Translations under genes and position numbers: made by a program
Source of the DNA: an uncultured Clostridia bacterium
GTDB taxonomy: Bacteria > Bacillota > Clostridia > Christensenellales > UBA3700
Direction: 5' to 3'
DNA: 64,000 bases
NCBI GenBank assembly: GCA_947176265.1
Contig: CAMWQA010000001.1
Span: 11,772 to 75,771, forward strand
In this document: piece by piece, positions 29,679 to 38,260 of the stretch
Numbering within the stretch: position 1 is the first letter of the stretch
Layout of the letters: each line of letters starts with the position of its first letter
The notes under the pieces: generated by a model
Told to the model about the DNA's origin: nothing
Seen by the model: only the letters and a program-made list of their open reading frames with translations
The model's database searches: none

Positions 29679-31006
29679 TGTGGCAAACTATCAAAAACGC
29701 ATTTAGTGATAAAAGCATCAGAAACAAAATATTCGCGACGTTCGGATTGCTTCTTGCATTCCGAATCGGTTGCTGGATACCGCTTCCGGGCATACAGGCA
29801 GACTTTTACGCAGGTCAGTTCGGAGGTACGGGGACAAGCAACACGATATTCCAACTTCTGAGTATGATGAGCGGCGGTTCAATGCAATATCTTACTCTCT
29901 TCGCGTTGGGTATCTTACCGTTTATCAACAGCTTTATCATAATGCAGTTGCTCACACTTATCATTCCACCGCTTGAAAGACTTTCAAAACAAGGTGATGA
30001 GGGGCGTGAAAAAATCACAATAATCACCAGATACGTGGCAATAGTCCTAGCAGTAGTACAGGCAATCGGTATCGTAGTAGCTTATAAGGATTATATTCAA
30101 CCTATGTTTGGCGAAAAGAACGGTTGGCTTACGGCAATTATGATTATCGCTTTGCTCGTTGCGGGCAGTACGATAGTAATGTGGCTTGGCGAGAGAATTA
30201 CGGAACTTGGTATCGGCAACGGTACGTCATTGATAATCTTCGTGGGCATCTTGTCCTCGTTTGGTTTGGCGCTCGTAAATACCATTCCGCAAATCAAAAA
30301 CGATCCTACGAAGCTTTGGAACTTGTTTGGATATATATTGGTAGTATTGTTCTTGTTTGCATTTATCGTATTCGTAGACGGCGGCGAGAGAAGAATCAAA
30401 GTCAACTACGCAAAACAAGTCAAGGGCAATAAGATGTACGGCGGACAGTCGACGTTTATACCAATCAAAGTCAACAGCTCGGGCGTTATGCCTATCATCT
30501 TCGCTTCGTCCTTTATGACGATACCTATGATGATATTCCAATTTACGGGACAAAACAATCAAGCGTTCGTCAACTATATGACGTTCTGCTATCCGGGAAA
30601 TACTACTTCGCAATGGCAATGGGTAGGCTGGGTATTCTACTATTTGGTAATGCTAGTTCTGATTATATTCTTCGCATATTTCTATGCGCAGATACAGTTC
30701 AACCCGCAAGACGTGGCAAGAAACTTGCAACAGTACGGCGGCTCTATACAAGGTATAAGAAGTGGTAAGCCCACAAGCGATTACCTTCAAAAAATAAACA
30801 ACAGAATAGTTTTGTTCGGCGCATTGTTCCTTGGCTTTATAGCTATCGTACCGGCGGCTTTGTTCCAAGTCATCGGTTCTGGATTGGGAATCAACAACGC
30901 TATATCCTCTACGGGTATGCTTATCGCGGTAAGCGTTGCGCTTGAATTTAACAAACAGCTTGAAGGACAGCTCATGATGAAGCACTACAAGGGCTTCCTT
31001 AAGTAA
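29678..31006 (+). CDS. secY: Preprotein translocase subunit SecY
   Basis: 442 aa, 10-TM pattern, IPLPGI and GILPFI motifs. TAATG overlap with rplO. Confidence 0.96.
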   Translation: MWQTIKNAFSDKSIRNKIFATFGLLLAFRIGCWIPLPGIQADFYAGQFGGTGTSNTIFQLLSMMSGGSMQYLTLFALGILPFINSFIIMQLLTLIIPPLERLSKQGDEGREKITIITRYVAIVLAVVQAIGIVVAYKDYIQPMFGEKNGWLTAIMIIALLVAGSTIVMWLGERITELGIGNGTSLIIFVGILSSFGLALVNTIPQIKNDPTKLWNLFGYILVVLFLFAFIVFVDGGERRIKVNYAKQVKGNKMYGGQSTFIPIKVNSSGVMPIIFASSFMTIPMMIFQFTGQNNQAFVNYMTFCYPGNTTSQWQWVGWVFYYLVMLVLIIFFAYFYAQIQFNPQDVARNLQQYGGSIQGIRSGKPTSDYLQKINNRIVLFGALFLGFIAIVPAALFQVIGSGLGINNAISSTGMLIAVSVALEFNKQLEGQLMMKHYKGFLK

Positions 31007-31017
31007 AAGAGGTTTTT

Positions 31018-31641
31018 ATGTACTTGGTATTTTTAGGAGCTCCGGGAGCAGGCAAAGGCACCCAAGCTACGAGAGTATGTGAAAAGTATAATATACCTCA
31101 TATCTCCACCGGAGACATATTGAGGGCTAATATCAAGGCAGGCACGGCGCTTGGAGTGCAAGCGAAGAGCTACATCGACAAAGGTTTGCTCGTGCCTGAC
31201 GAAGTCGTAATCGGACTCGTCAAACAAAGACTTCAAGAGGCAGATTGTCAAAAGGGATATTTGCTTGACGGATTTCCGAGAACGATAGAGCAAGCCAAGG
31301 CTTTGAACGATTTCGCAAAAATTTCTTGCGCAATCAACATTGCCGTTGACGAAAAGCTCGTCGTTGAGAGAATCGCAGGTCGCAGAATGTGCAAGTGCGG
31401 AGAGAGCTATCATGTATCGTGGTATAACAAAGACACCTGCGCAAAGTGCGGCGAAAAGCTCTATCAAAGAGACGACGACAAAGAAGACACCGTAAAGTCA
31501 AGGCTTGAAGTATACAACGCCCAGACGGCTCCGCTCATCGAGTATTACGGCAAGATGGGTATTCTCAAAGACGTTGACGGCGCGCAGGAGATGAACAAGG
31601 TCTTTGACGACATAGTGAGGATATTGAATGATAACCATTAA
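31018..31641 (+). CDS. adk: Adenylate kinase (Cys4 zinc lid)
   Basis: GAPGAGKGTQA P-loop. The lid reads CKCGESYH...CAKCGEKL. Confidence 0.96.
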   Translation: MYLVFLGAPGAGKGTQATRVCEKYNIPHISTGDILRANIKAGTALGVQAKSYIDKGLLVPDEVVIGLVKQRLQEADCQKGYLLDGFPRTIEQAKALNDFAKISCAINIAVDEKLVVERIAGRRMCKCGESYHVSWYNKDTCAKCGEKLYQRDDDKEDTVKSRLEVYNAQTAPLIEYYGKMGILKDVDGAQEMNKVFDDIVRILNDNH

Positions 31642-32374
31642 GTCGGACTATGAGATAGAACTCATGCGCAAGGCAAATCAAATCGTCAGAGATACGCTCA
31701 ATCTTCTCGAAGAAAAGATCAAAGAGGGTATGACGACGGCGCAGCTAGACAAGATTGCCTACGACTACATAGTCAAGTGCGACGCAAAACCTTCCTTCTT
31801 AGGATACAGCGGATTTCCCGCGTCGATATGCACGTCGATAAACGAACAAGTCGTACACGGTATTCCTTCCGACAAAGTGATAATCAAAGAGGGCGACATT
31901 GTCAGCGTAGACTGCGGAAGTATCTACAAGGGTTACAACGGAGACGCGGCAAGAACCTTTATGATTGGCAAGGTCAGCGAGGAAAAAGCAAAACTAGTCG
32001 AAGTCACAAAGCAAAGCTTTTTTGAAGGCGTCAAGATACTCAAAGAAGGCGTTAGACTTGGAGACTTGGGACACGCGATACAGGCGTATGCGGAATCCTA
32101 CGGCTACGGAGTAGTAAGAGCTTTGGTGGGACACGGAATAGGCAAAGATATGCACGAGAGTCCTGAAGTTCCCAATTACGGCAGAGAAGGCCACGGCATG
32201 AGACTCAAGAAGAATATGACTATTGCCATAGAGCCGATGATCAATATGGGTACTTACGACGTGTATATGCTCAGGGACGGCTGGACGGTAGTTACCAAAG
32301 ACGGATTGCCGTCGGCGCACTACGAAAATACGGTGTGGATAAAAGAAGACGGCGTTGAGATACTGTCGCTGTGA
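31628..32374 (+). CDS. map: Methionine aminopeptidase type I
   Basis: VVHGIP..., DCG..YKGYNGD, GHGIG and IEPM metal-ligand motifs. Confidence 0.95.
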   Translation: MITIKSDYEIELMRKANQIVRDTLNLLEEKIKEGMTTAQLDKIAYDYIVKCDAKPSFLGYSGFPASICTSINEQVVHGIPSDKVIIKEGDIVSVDCGSIYKGYNGDAARTFMIGKVSEEKAKLVEVTKQSFFEGVKILKEGVRLGDLGHAIQAYAESYGYGVVRALVGHGIGKDMHESPEVPNYGREGHGMRLKKNMTIAIEPMINMGTYDVYMLRDGWTVVTKDGLPSAHYENTVWIKEDGVEILSL

Positions 32375-32381
32375 GGTAAAG

Positions 32382-32630
32382 ATGACGGTTGAAGTTGGAG
32401 ATATCGTGCAATCAAAGAGCGGTCACGACGCAAAAAGGTATTTCGTCGTAATAGCTATGCTAAATGAGAATTATATATTGATTGCCGACGGTAAGTCGAG
32501 AAAGCTCGACAGTCCAAAACAAAAAAACGTCAAGCACGTCAAACTCATCGAAAAGGCAATTCAGACCAAGTCGTACGTCGACGATAAGAGCATAGCGGAT
32601 AGATTAGCTAAACTTGATACTGTTGAATAG
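32382..32630 (+). CDS. Small KOW-domain RNA-binding protein (conserved map-infA spacer gene of Clostridia)
   Basis: MTVEVGDIVQSKSGHDAKRYFVVI is KOW-like. The start is set at ATG 32382 (after GAGGT), downstream of the map stop. Confidence 0.7.
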   Translation: MTVEVGDIVQSKSGHDAKRYFVVIAMLNENYILIADGKSRKLDSPKQKNVKHVKLIEKAIQTKSYVDDKSIADRLAKLDTVE

Positions 32631-32639
32631 GAGGTATAT

Positions 32640-32861
32640 ATGTCCAAAGAAGACGTAATCGAAGCAGAGGGAAAAGTAATAGAAGTATTGCCCGGTACCA
32701 ATTTTAAAGTAGAGTTGTCAAACGGACACGTTATCGTAGCATACCTGTCAGGAAAATTGAGAAAGAATTATATCAAAATTCTCGAAGGCGATGCAGTCAA
32801 AGTAGAATTAAGTCCATACGACCTTACGAAAGGCAGAATTGTATGGCGTAACAAGAATTAA
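32640..32861 (+). CDS. infA: Translation initiation factor IF-1
   Basis: [51 protein letters not shown]. Confidence 0.97.
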   Translation: MSKEDVIEAEGKVIEVLPGTNFKVELSNGHVIVAYLSGKLRKNYIKILEGDAVKVELSPYDLTKGRIVWRNKN

Positions 32862-32885
32862 GGTAGATTAACGGAGGATATAACA

Positions 32886-33002
32886 ATGAAAGTTAGACCA
32901 TCAGTAAAACCGATGTGCGATAAGTGCAAGGTAATAAAGAGAAACGGAGCAGTCATGATTATCTGCTCAAAATATAAAAAGCACAAGCAAAAACAAGGCT
33001 AA
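32886..33002 (+). CDS. rpmJ: 50S ribosomal protein L36 (38 aa, below the ORF-track cutoff)
   Basis: Hand translation gives [46 protein letters not shown]. Confidence 0.9.
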   Translation: MKVRPSVKPMCDKCKVIKRNGAVMIICSKYKKHKQKQG

Positions 33003-33050
33003 TAGTTTCTCTTGAGAGAAATTGAGCGATAATCGCTCGGGCAAGGCTAA

Positions 33051-33081
33051 AAAGGATTATGGAGCTATCCATAATTCCTTT
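33051..33081 (+). terminator. Candidate terminator or processing hairpin after rpmJ (third of three consecutive hairpins)
   Basis: AAAGGATTATGGAgcTATCCATAATTCCTTT forms a ~13-bp stem with one bulge, followed by TTATT. It is preceded by hairpins at 33006-33021 and 33024-33038. Confidence 0.45.
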
Positions 33082-33116
33082 ATTGCGTAAAAAATAAAAA
33101 AAGTGTATTATAACGC

Positions 33117-33145
33117 TTGCAAGATTTATTAAATCGTGTTATAAT
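33117..33145 (+). promoter_or_regulatory. Internal promoter for rpsM-rpsK-rpsD-rpoA-rplQ
   Basis: TTGCAA(33117-33122)-17 nt-TATAAT(33140-33145), with a TGt extended -10. A ~130-nt leader follows. Confidence 0.6.
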
Positions 33146-33278
33146 ACCCACGCTAAATGACATTAATCGTTGGGGAGCGGCTAATAGGTTGTTTCATTCC
33201 AATCACAACAGACAATCTAACTTCTCGTAGCGTTTAATAATATAATAAAACATTTATTAAATTATTGGAGGTATTTTC

Positions 33279-33650
33279 ATGGCTCGTATTAGTGGCGTTG
33301 ATTTGCCAAATGAGAAAAGAGTTGAGATAGGTCTTACCTATATCTATGGTATAGGCAGAGTTACGTCCAACAAGATTCTCGCTGATACAGGTATAAATCC
33401 TGATACAAGAGTTAGGGATTTGACTGATGAAGAAGTAAACAAGATTCGTGAATACATCGACCACAACAATATCATGGTTGAGGGCGATTTGAAGCGTGAA
33501 ATCAAAATGAACATCAAGAGACTGCAAGAAATCGGTTGTTACCGCGGTGTTAGACACCGTAAGGGATTGCCAGTTCGCGGTCAGAGTACGAAACAAAACG
33601 CTCGTACAAGAAAGGGTCCGAAGAAGACCGTTAGCCGTAAGAAGAAATAA
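33279..33650 (+). CDS. rpsM: 30S ribosomal protein S13
   Basis: [26 protein letters not shown]. Confidence 0.97.
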   Translation: MARISGVDLPNEKRVEIGLTYIYGIGRVTSNKILADTGINPDTRVRDLTDEEVNKIREYIDHNNIMVEGDLKREIKMNIKRLQEIGCYRGVRHRKGLPVRGQSTKQNARTRKGPKKTVSRKKK

Positions 33651-33663
33651 GGAGGATTGAATA

Positions 33664-34062
33664 ATGGCAGTTGCTAAAAAAGTTGTTACTAAAAAACGTA
33701 CTGTAAACAAGCGCCGCGGAGAAAACGGTTGCGCTCATATTCACGCCTCTTTCAACAATACCATCGTGACGATTACCGATACGCAAGGCAATGCTATCAG
33801 CTGGTCCAGCTCCGGTAAGTTGCAACTTCGCGGAAGCAAGAAGTCCACTCCGTTTGCCGCTCAAATGGTAAGCGAAGACGCAGGCAAGGTTGCTTACGAT
33901 GCAGGTGTAAGAAACGTTGAAGTATATGTAAAAGGTCCGGGTAGCGGCAGAGAGTCTGCTATCAGAGCTTTGCAAAACGTAGGATTGAACGTTACGCTCA
34001 TCAAAGACGTATCTCCAATTCCTCACAATGGCTGTCGCCCACCAAAGCGCAGAAGACTGTAA
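33664..34062 (+). CDS. rpsK: 30S ribosomal protein S11
   Basis: [26 protein letters not shown]. Confidence 0.97.
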   Translation: MAVAKKVVTKKRTVNKRRGENGCAHIHASFNNTIVTITDTQGNAISWSSSGKLQLRGSKKSTPFAAQMVSEDAGKVAYDAGVRNVEVYVKGPGSGRESAIRALQNVGLNVTLIKDVSPIPHNGCRPPKRRRL

Positions 34063-34080
34063 TAGGAGGTTTGCAATTAT

Positions 34081-34704
34081 ATGGCTAGATATACAGGTCC
34101 TGATTGTCGTCAATGCAGACGCGAAGGCGAAAAATTATTTTTGAAAGGCGAAAAGTGTTATTCGGAAAAGTGTCCTTTCGCTAAGAACAGCACTCCTCCG
34201 GGACAACACGGCGCTGATAGAAAGAAGAACAGCGAATACGCTACTCAGCTCAGAGAAAAACAAAAGACCAAGAGAATCTACGGACTTTGCGAGAAGCAAT
34301 TCAGAGGCTACTACGACAAGGCTGAGAAGATGAGAGGTATTACCGGTGAAAACATGCTTATCCTTTTGGAAAGACGTCTTGACAACACCGTTTACCGTCT
34401 TGGACTTGCATCTTCCCGCTCACAGGCAAGACAAATCGTAAATCACGGTTTGATTACCGTCAACGGTAAGTGCGTAAATATTCCTTCATTCCTCGTGAAG
34501 AAGGGCGACGTAATAAGCGTCAAAGAAAACAAAGCCGACAAAAAGGTATTCAGTGGTATCAAGGAGGCTAAGACACTCAATCTTCCAAAGTGGTTGACTT
34601 TTGACAACGCAACTATGGTCGGTACGGTAATTGATTTGCCGGAGAGAGCAGACATAGAGCAAAAGATTGAAGAGCACATGATTGTCGAGTTGTATTCTAA
34701 ATAA
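34081..34704 (+). CDS. rpsD: 30S ribosomal protein S4 (Cys4 form)
   Basis: [31 protein letters not shown], plus an S4 domain. Confidence 0.97.
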   Translation: MARYTGPDCRQCRREGEKLFLKGEKCYSEKCPFAKNSTPPGQHGADRKKNSEYATQLREKQKTKRIYGLCEKQFRGYYDKAEKMRGITGENMLILLERRLDNTVYRLGLASSRSQARQIVNHGLITVNGKCVNIPSFLVKKGDVISVKENKADKKVFSGIKEAKTLNLPKWLTFDNATMVGTVIDLPERADIEQKIEEHMIVELYSK

Positions 34705-34755
34705 TAATACGCTTTGACAGTTTCACTCAATTGAACATTGAATAGGAGGCTAACA

Positions 34756-35709
34756 ATGATAGAAATTCAAAAACCAAATATCAATAAAGAAGATATGGAG
34801 CCGGGCAGAAAGACCAGATATTCCGTTGAGCCGTTAGAGCGCGGATTTGGTATTACCCTTGGCAACAGCTTGAGAAGAATACTCTTGGGTTCATTGCCGG
34901 GCGCAGCTCCCATCGGTATAAGAATCAACGGCGTTCAGCACGAATTTACGGCTATTCCGGGTATTAAAGAAGACGTCACTGATATTATTCTCAATATCAA
35001 AGGACTTGCTGTAAAGGCTTATACCGAAGATAAAAACTTCAAACAACTTTGTACTATCAATAAGTATACGGCCGGCGTTGTTACCGCTGCAGATATTTCT
35101 CACAGCGACGACATAGAAATCCTCAATCCGGAGCTTGAGATTTGTACTCTCGAAGAGGGCGCAAGCATTGAGATGGAAATCTATATCGGCGTAGGCAGAG
35201 GTTACGTTGGCGCAAGCGAGAATAAGGATCAAGAGCAAAGCATTGGATATATTCCAATAGATTCAATCTTTACTCCTGTTATCGCGGCAAGTTATCAAGT
35301 AGAAAGCACCAGAAAAGGTCAGGACATCAATTTTGACAAGCTCACGATTGACGTTACGACCAACGGTACCGCTACGCCAAACGAAGTCATCAGCTTGGCT
35401 GCCAAGATTATGAACGATCACCTTGGCATCTTTGTCAAACTTGTTGACAATATGGCAGAAAAAGAAATACTCATCTCTCAAGACAACGAATCTCAGGCTA
35501 AGATTTACGAAATGGCAATCGAAGACTTGGATTTGTCGGTTAGATCTTACAACTGCTTGAGAAGAGCGGGCATCAACACTGTCAAGGATTTGACGGAAAA
35601 GACTGAAGACGACATGCTTAAAGTGAGAAATCTCGGTAAGAAGTCGCTCGAAGAAGTTATGAAGAAAATTGACGATCTTGGACTTAAACTCAAGGACAAG
35701 GATGAATAA
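34756..35709 (+). CDS. rpoA: DNA-directed RNA polymerase subunit alpha
   Basis: [15 protein letters not shown] is in the N-terminal domain. The CTD reads [25 protein letters not shown]. The start is set at ATG 34756 after AGGAGG; the track TTG 34738 is rejected. Confidence 0.96.
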   Translation: [317 protein letters not shown]

Positions 35710-35725
35710 TAGGAGGTAAAGGACA

Positions 35726-36253
35726 ATGGCAAGAAAGTTGGGCAGAACAGCCGAAGAAAGAATGGCCATAATTAGAAATCAAGCCTCAGAACTATTGTGG
35801 TACGGATCTATTGAGACCACAGTTGATAGAGCAAAAGAGGTAAGAAGTTATGCCGAGAGCATGATAACTCTCGCTATAAATACTTATGAAGATACTGTAA
35901 AGGTTCAAAAGACCGTTACGAACGACAAGGGCGAAAAGGTAGTTATGGAGTTTACCAATGACGGTCCAAGAAAGTTGGCTGCAAGAAGAAAACTCATGGC
36001 AAGCCTTAGAGATCTTCAAGAAATCAAGAAAGAGGACGAGAGCAAGTCTGCTTACAAAGAGAGAACAAAAGACGTTAAGCATCCGCTTATCGAGAAAATT
36101 TTCAGAGAGCACGCTTTATTCTATGCTGACAGAGCTGCAAAGCTCGGACAGAAAGGCGGTTACACCCGTATAATCAAACTCGGTCAGAGACGCGGCGACG
36201 GCGCAGAAATGGCAAAGTTGGAGCTCGTTAAAAACACCGAAAAGACAAAGTAA
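35726..36253 (+). CDS. rplQ: 50S ribosomal protein L17 with an internal K/E-rich insertion
   Basis: MARKLGRTAEERMAIIRNQASELL...GGYTRIIKLGQRRGDGAEMAKLELV. At 175 aa it is long for L17. Confidence 0.93.
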   Translation: MARKLGRTAEERMAIIRNQASELLWYGSIETTVDRAKEVRSYAESMITLAINTYEDTVKVQKTVTNDKGEKVVMEFTNDGPRKLAARRKLMASLRDLQEIKKEDESKSAYKERTKDVKHPLIEKIFREHALFYADRAAKLGQKGGYTRIIKLGQRRGDGAEMAKLELVKNTEKTK

Positions 36254-36272
36254 TCTACAATTGATTTTATTT

Positions 36273-36304
36273 AAAGCGTTCCGATTGGAACGCTTTATTT
36301 TTTA
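36273..36304 (+). terminator. Intrinsic terminator of the ribosomal cluster
   Basis: AAAGCGTTCCgattGGAACGCTTT followed by ATTTTTT. Confidence 0.8.
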
Positions 36305-36321
36305 CGATTTATATTTTGTTA

Positions 36322-36350
36322 TTGAAATTGGTAATTGCGTGTGCTATAAT
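36322..36350 (+). promoter_or_regulatory. Promoter placed so that the hydrolase mRNA would be leaderless
   Basis: TTGAAA(36322-36327)-17 nt-TATAAT(36345-36350) with a TGc extended -10. The ATG at 36357 is 6 nt after the -10 and has no SD. Confidence 0.6.
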
Positions 36351-36356
36351 GAAAAT

Positions 36357-37433
36357 ATGAAAAAGAACAATAAATTTTTGGAGTTTTTAATCGTACTCGT
36401 TTACGGAGTTTTTGCCATAACTATCGTACTTCCTATGATAGCTACGGCGGTAATTTTCAAGTTCGTATTTGGCAGAAGAGTCAACAAGACTATACACCAT
36501 TTGACGCTTGACGATTATCCCAATCTCAAGACCTATCCCGTCAAATTCAAAAGCGGTAAAAACAAACTTGCAGGCGACTTTGTCGTAGATAAAGACGTCA
36601 CAGAATATAAAGCCGTGTTGATAGTAGCGCACGGTATAGGATGTTCTAGAGCGGGATATCTAAACAGATACGACTATTTTGCAAGGAAGGGATACTTGGT
36701 ATTTGCCTTTGACTGCACTGGTACTTTTGAGAGCGAGGGCAATGGATTGAAAGGACTTACTCAATCTCAAGTGGATTTGGATAATGCGATAAAGTATCTT
36801 GACGGTATTCCAGAACTTAAGAAATATAAATTATTGGCTTACGGACACAGCTGGGGCGGATACGGACTTGCAAGCGAGTTGAACAGCAAGACAGCCGAGA
36901 AACTGGCTGGCGCGGCAACGCTTTCGGGCTTCAACGATATTTGGGGCATTTGCAAATATCAAATGGCGAGATATACCGGCAAAGCCGTCGTATTGGTAAA
37001 GCCGTGGACTTATTTGCATTATTCTCTCCTATATGGCAAAAGAGCGAGATATAAGGGCATAGACGGCGTAAATAAGTTTAAAGGACCAGTATTGGTAATG
37101 CACAGCACTGACGACAAGACGGTGCCGTATGACAGCTCAGTGGCAATTCATTATGAGGAGAATACCAATCCGCAAGCAAAGTTCGTAATTTTGGACGACA
37201 GAGGACATACGCTTTCCCGTCCGCCAGAAGTCGAGCAGGAAATTAAGAGACTCCACAAGGGCAAGAAGACAAAACTTTCGCTTGGCAAGAGCAATATATT
37301 TGAATACAACGTCAACGTAGGATACGAGTATTGCGAGAGGATGACTGTCTTTGCCATTGACGAAGAGTTTATGGATCAAGTCGACGAGTTCTTTATGGGA
37401 GTGCTCGCCGGCGCAGAGGAAAAAGTATCTTGA
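36357..37433 (+). CDS. Membrane-anchored alpha/beta-hydrolase (serine hydrolase)
   Basis: N-terminal TM helix (FLEFLIVLVYGVFAITIVLPMIATAVIF). GHSWGG nucleophile elbow. The track start 36261 would run through the rplQ terminator. Confidence 0.75.
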   Translation: MKKNNKFLEFLIVLVYGVFAITIVLPMIATAVIFKFVFGRRVNKTIHHLTLDDYPNLKTYPVKFKSGKNKLAGDFVVDKDVTEYKAVLIVAHGIGCSRAGYLNRYDYFARKGYLVFAFDCTGTFESEGNGLKGLTQSQVDLDNAIKYLDGIPELKKYKLLAYGHSWGGYGLASELNSKTAEKLAGAATLSGFNDIWGICKYQMARYTGKAVVLVKPWTYLHYSLLYGKRARYKGIDGVNKFKGPVLVMHSTDDKTVPYDSSVAIHYEENTNPQAKFVILDDRGHTLSRPPEVEQEIKRLHKGKKTKLSLGKSNIFEYNVNVGYEYCERMTVFAIDEEFMDQVDEFFMGVLAGAEEKVS

Positions 37434-37873
37434 TAAGCGTATACTTAATTAAATATACAGACTTACAGCAGGCTAAAGAGCGTATCTTGCAAGAGTATTC
37501 TAAGAAATCAAAGGGAAAAACTTATACTATAGAGTATTTGCCAAGCGGAGCGCCGCAGTTGATTGCAAATTCAAAGCCAAGCGGATGCGTCTCGATAAGT
37601 CATACAGACAGTTGGCTTGCAATGGCGTTTTCAAAAGATAAAATCGGCATAGATTTAGAAAGGGCAGACAGAGAAGTCTCGTCAAAAGTATGCGAAAGTA
37701 TTGAGAAGTGGACGCGGATAGAGGCGTACGCTAAATGGACGGGGCTTGGTTTGTCAAGAGATATGCTCTTTGAGAAATTGCCCGACGACATGATTATCAC
37801 AAAGAGATTCGCAAAATACGTAGTCAGCGTTTGCGGAACGACAAAAGATTTTCAAATCGTGGCTTTGGTATAA
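37430..37873 (+). CDS. 4'-phosphopantetheinyl transferase, short Sfp-like
   Basis: IGIDLE and WTRIEAYAKWTG (W/F-x-x-K/x-E-A-x-x-K) motifs. TTG start 9 nt after AGAGGA. 4-nt overlap with the hydrolase gene. Confidence 0.65.
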   Translation: MISVYLIKYTDLQQAKERILQEYSKKSKGKTYTIEYLPSGAPQLIANSKPSGCVSISHTDSWLAMAFSKDKIGIDLERADREVSSKVCESIEKWTRIEAYAKWTGLGLSRDMLFEKLPDDMIITKRFAKYVVSVCGTTKDFQIVALV

Positions 37874-37953
37874 AGCCCGCCGTTGGAGTTGACATAAAGA
37901 CTAATAAAATGATATAATTATTAACGACCTGAATTTGGGTTTTGGAGGACAAT

Positions 37954-38181
37954 ATGGTACTTGAAAAGTTGAGTAAAATCATAGCAGAACAACTCGGTAT
38001 GAAGCAAAATGAAATTACGCAAGATACTTCCTTAAAAGAGGACTTGCAAGCAGATTCTCTCGATATAGTTGAGATTATCATGTCAATCGAAGAGGAATTT
38101 GATATTCAAGTCGATGACGATGACGCGCTCAATTTCAAGACTGTCGGCGACGTCGTAGAATATATCGAAAAATTGATATAA
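37954..38181 (+). CDS. acpP: Acyl carrier protein
   Basis: LKEDLQADSLDIVEIIMSIEEEF contains the DSLD phosphopantetheine site. ATG 37954 follows GGAGG. Confidence 0.85.
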   Translation: MVLEKLSKIIAEQLGMKQNEITQDTSLKEDLQADSLDIVEIIMSIEEEFDIQVDDDDALNFKTVGDVVEYIEKLI

Positions 38182-38260
38182 GATATTTTGCAATATACAA
38201 ATAAAAGACGAGAGTTGTACGACTCCGTTTTTTTATGCTTTTTAGTAGGAGTGATATAAT

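Noticed and set aside
36261-36356. ORF-track start (TTG 36261) of the hydrolase, and similar upstream track starts at 14041, 18555, 34738, 37942, 43674, 46409, 7844 and 41891
   Set aside because: The extensions cross terminators or lack an SD. Internal ATGs with a properly spaced GGAGG, or with promoter geometry and family-typical N-termini, are better supported.
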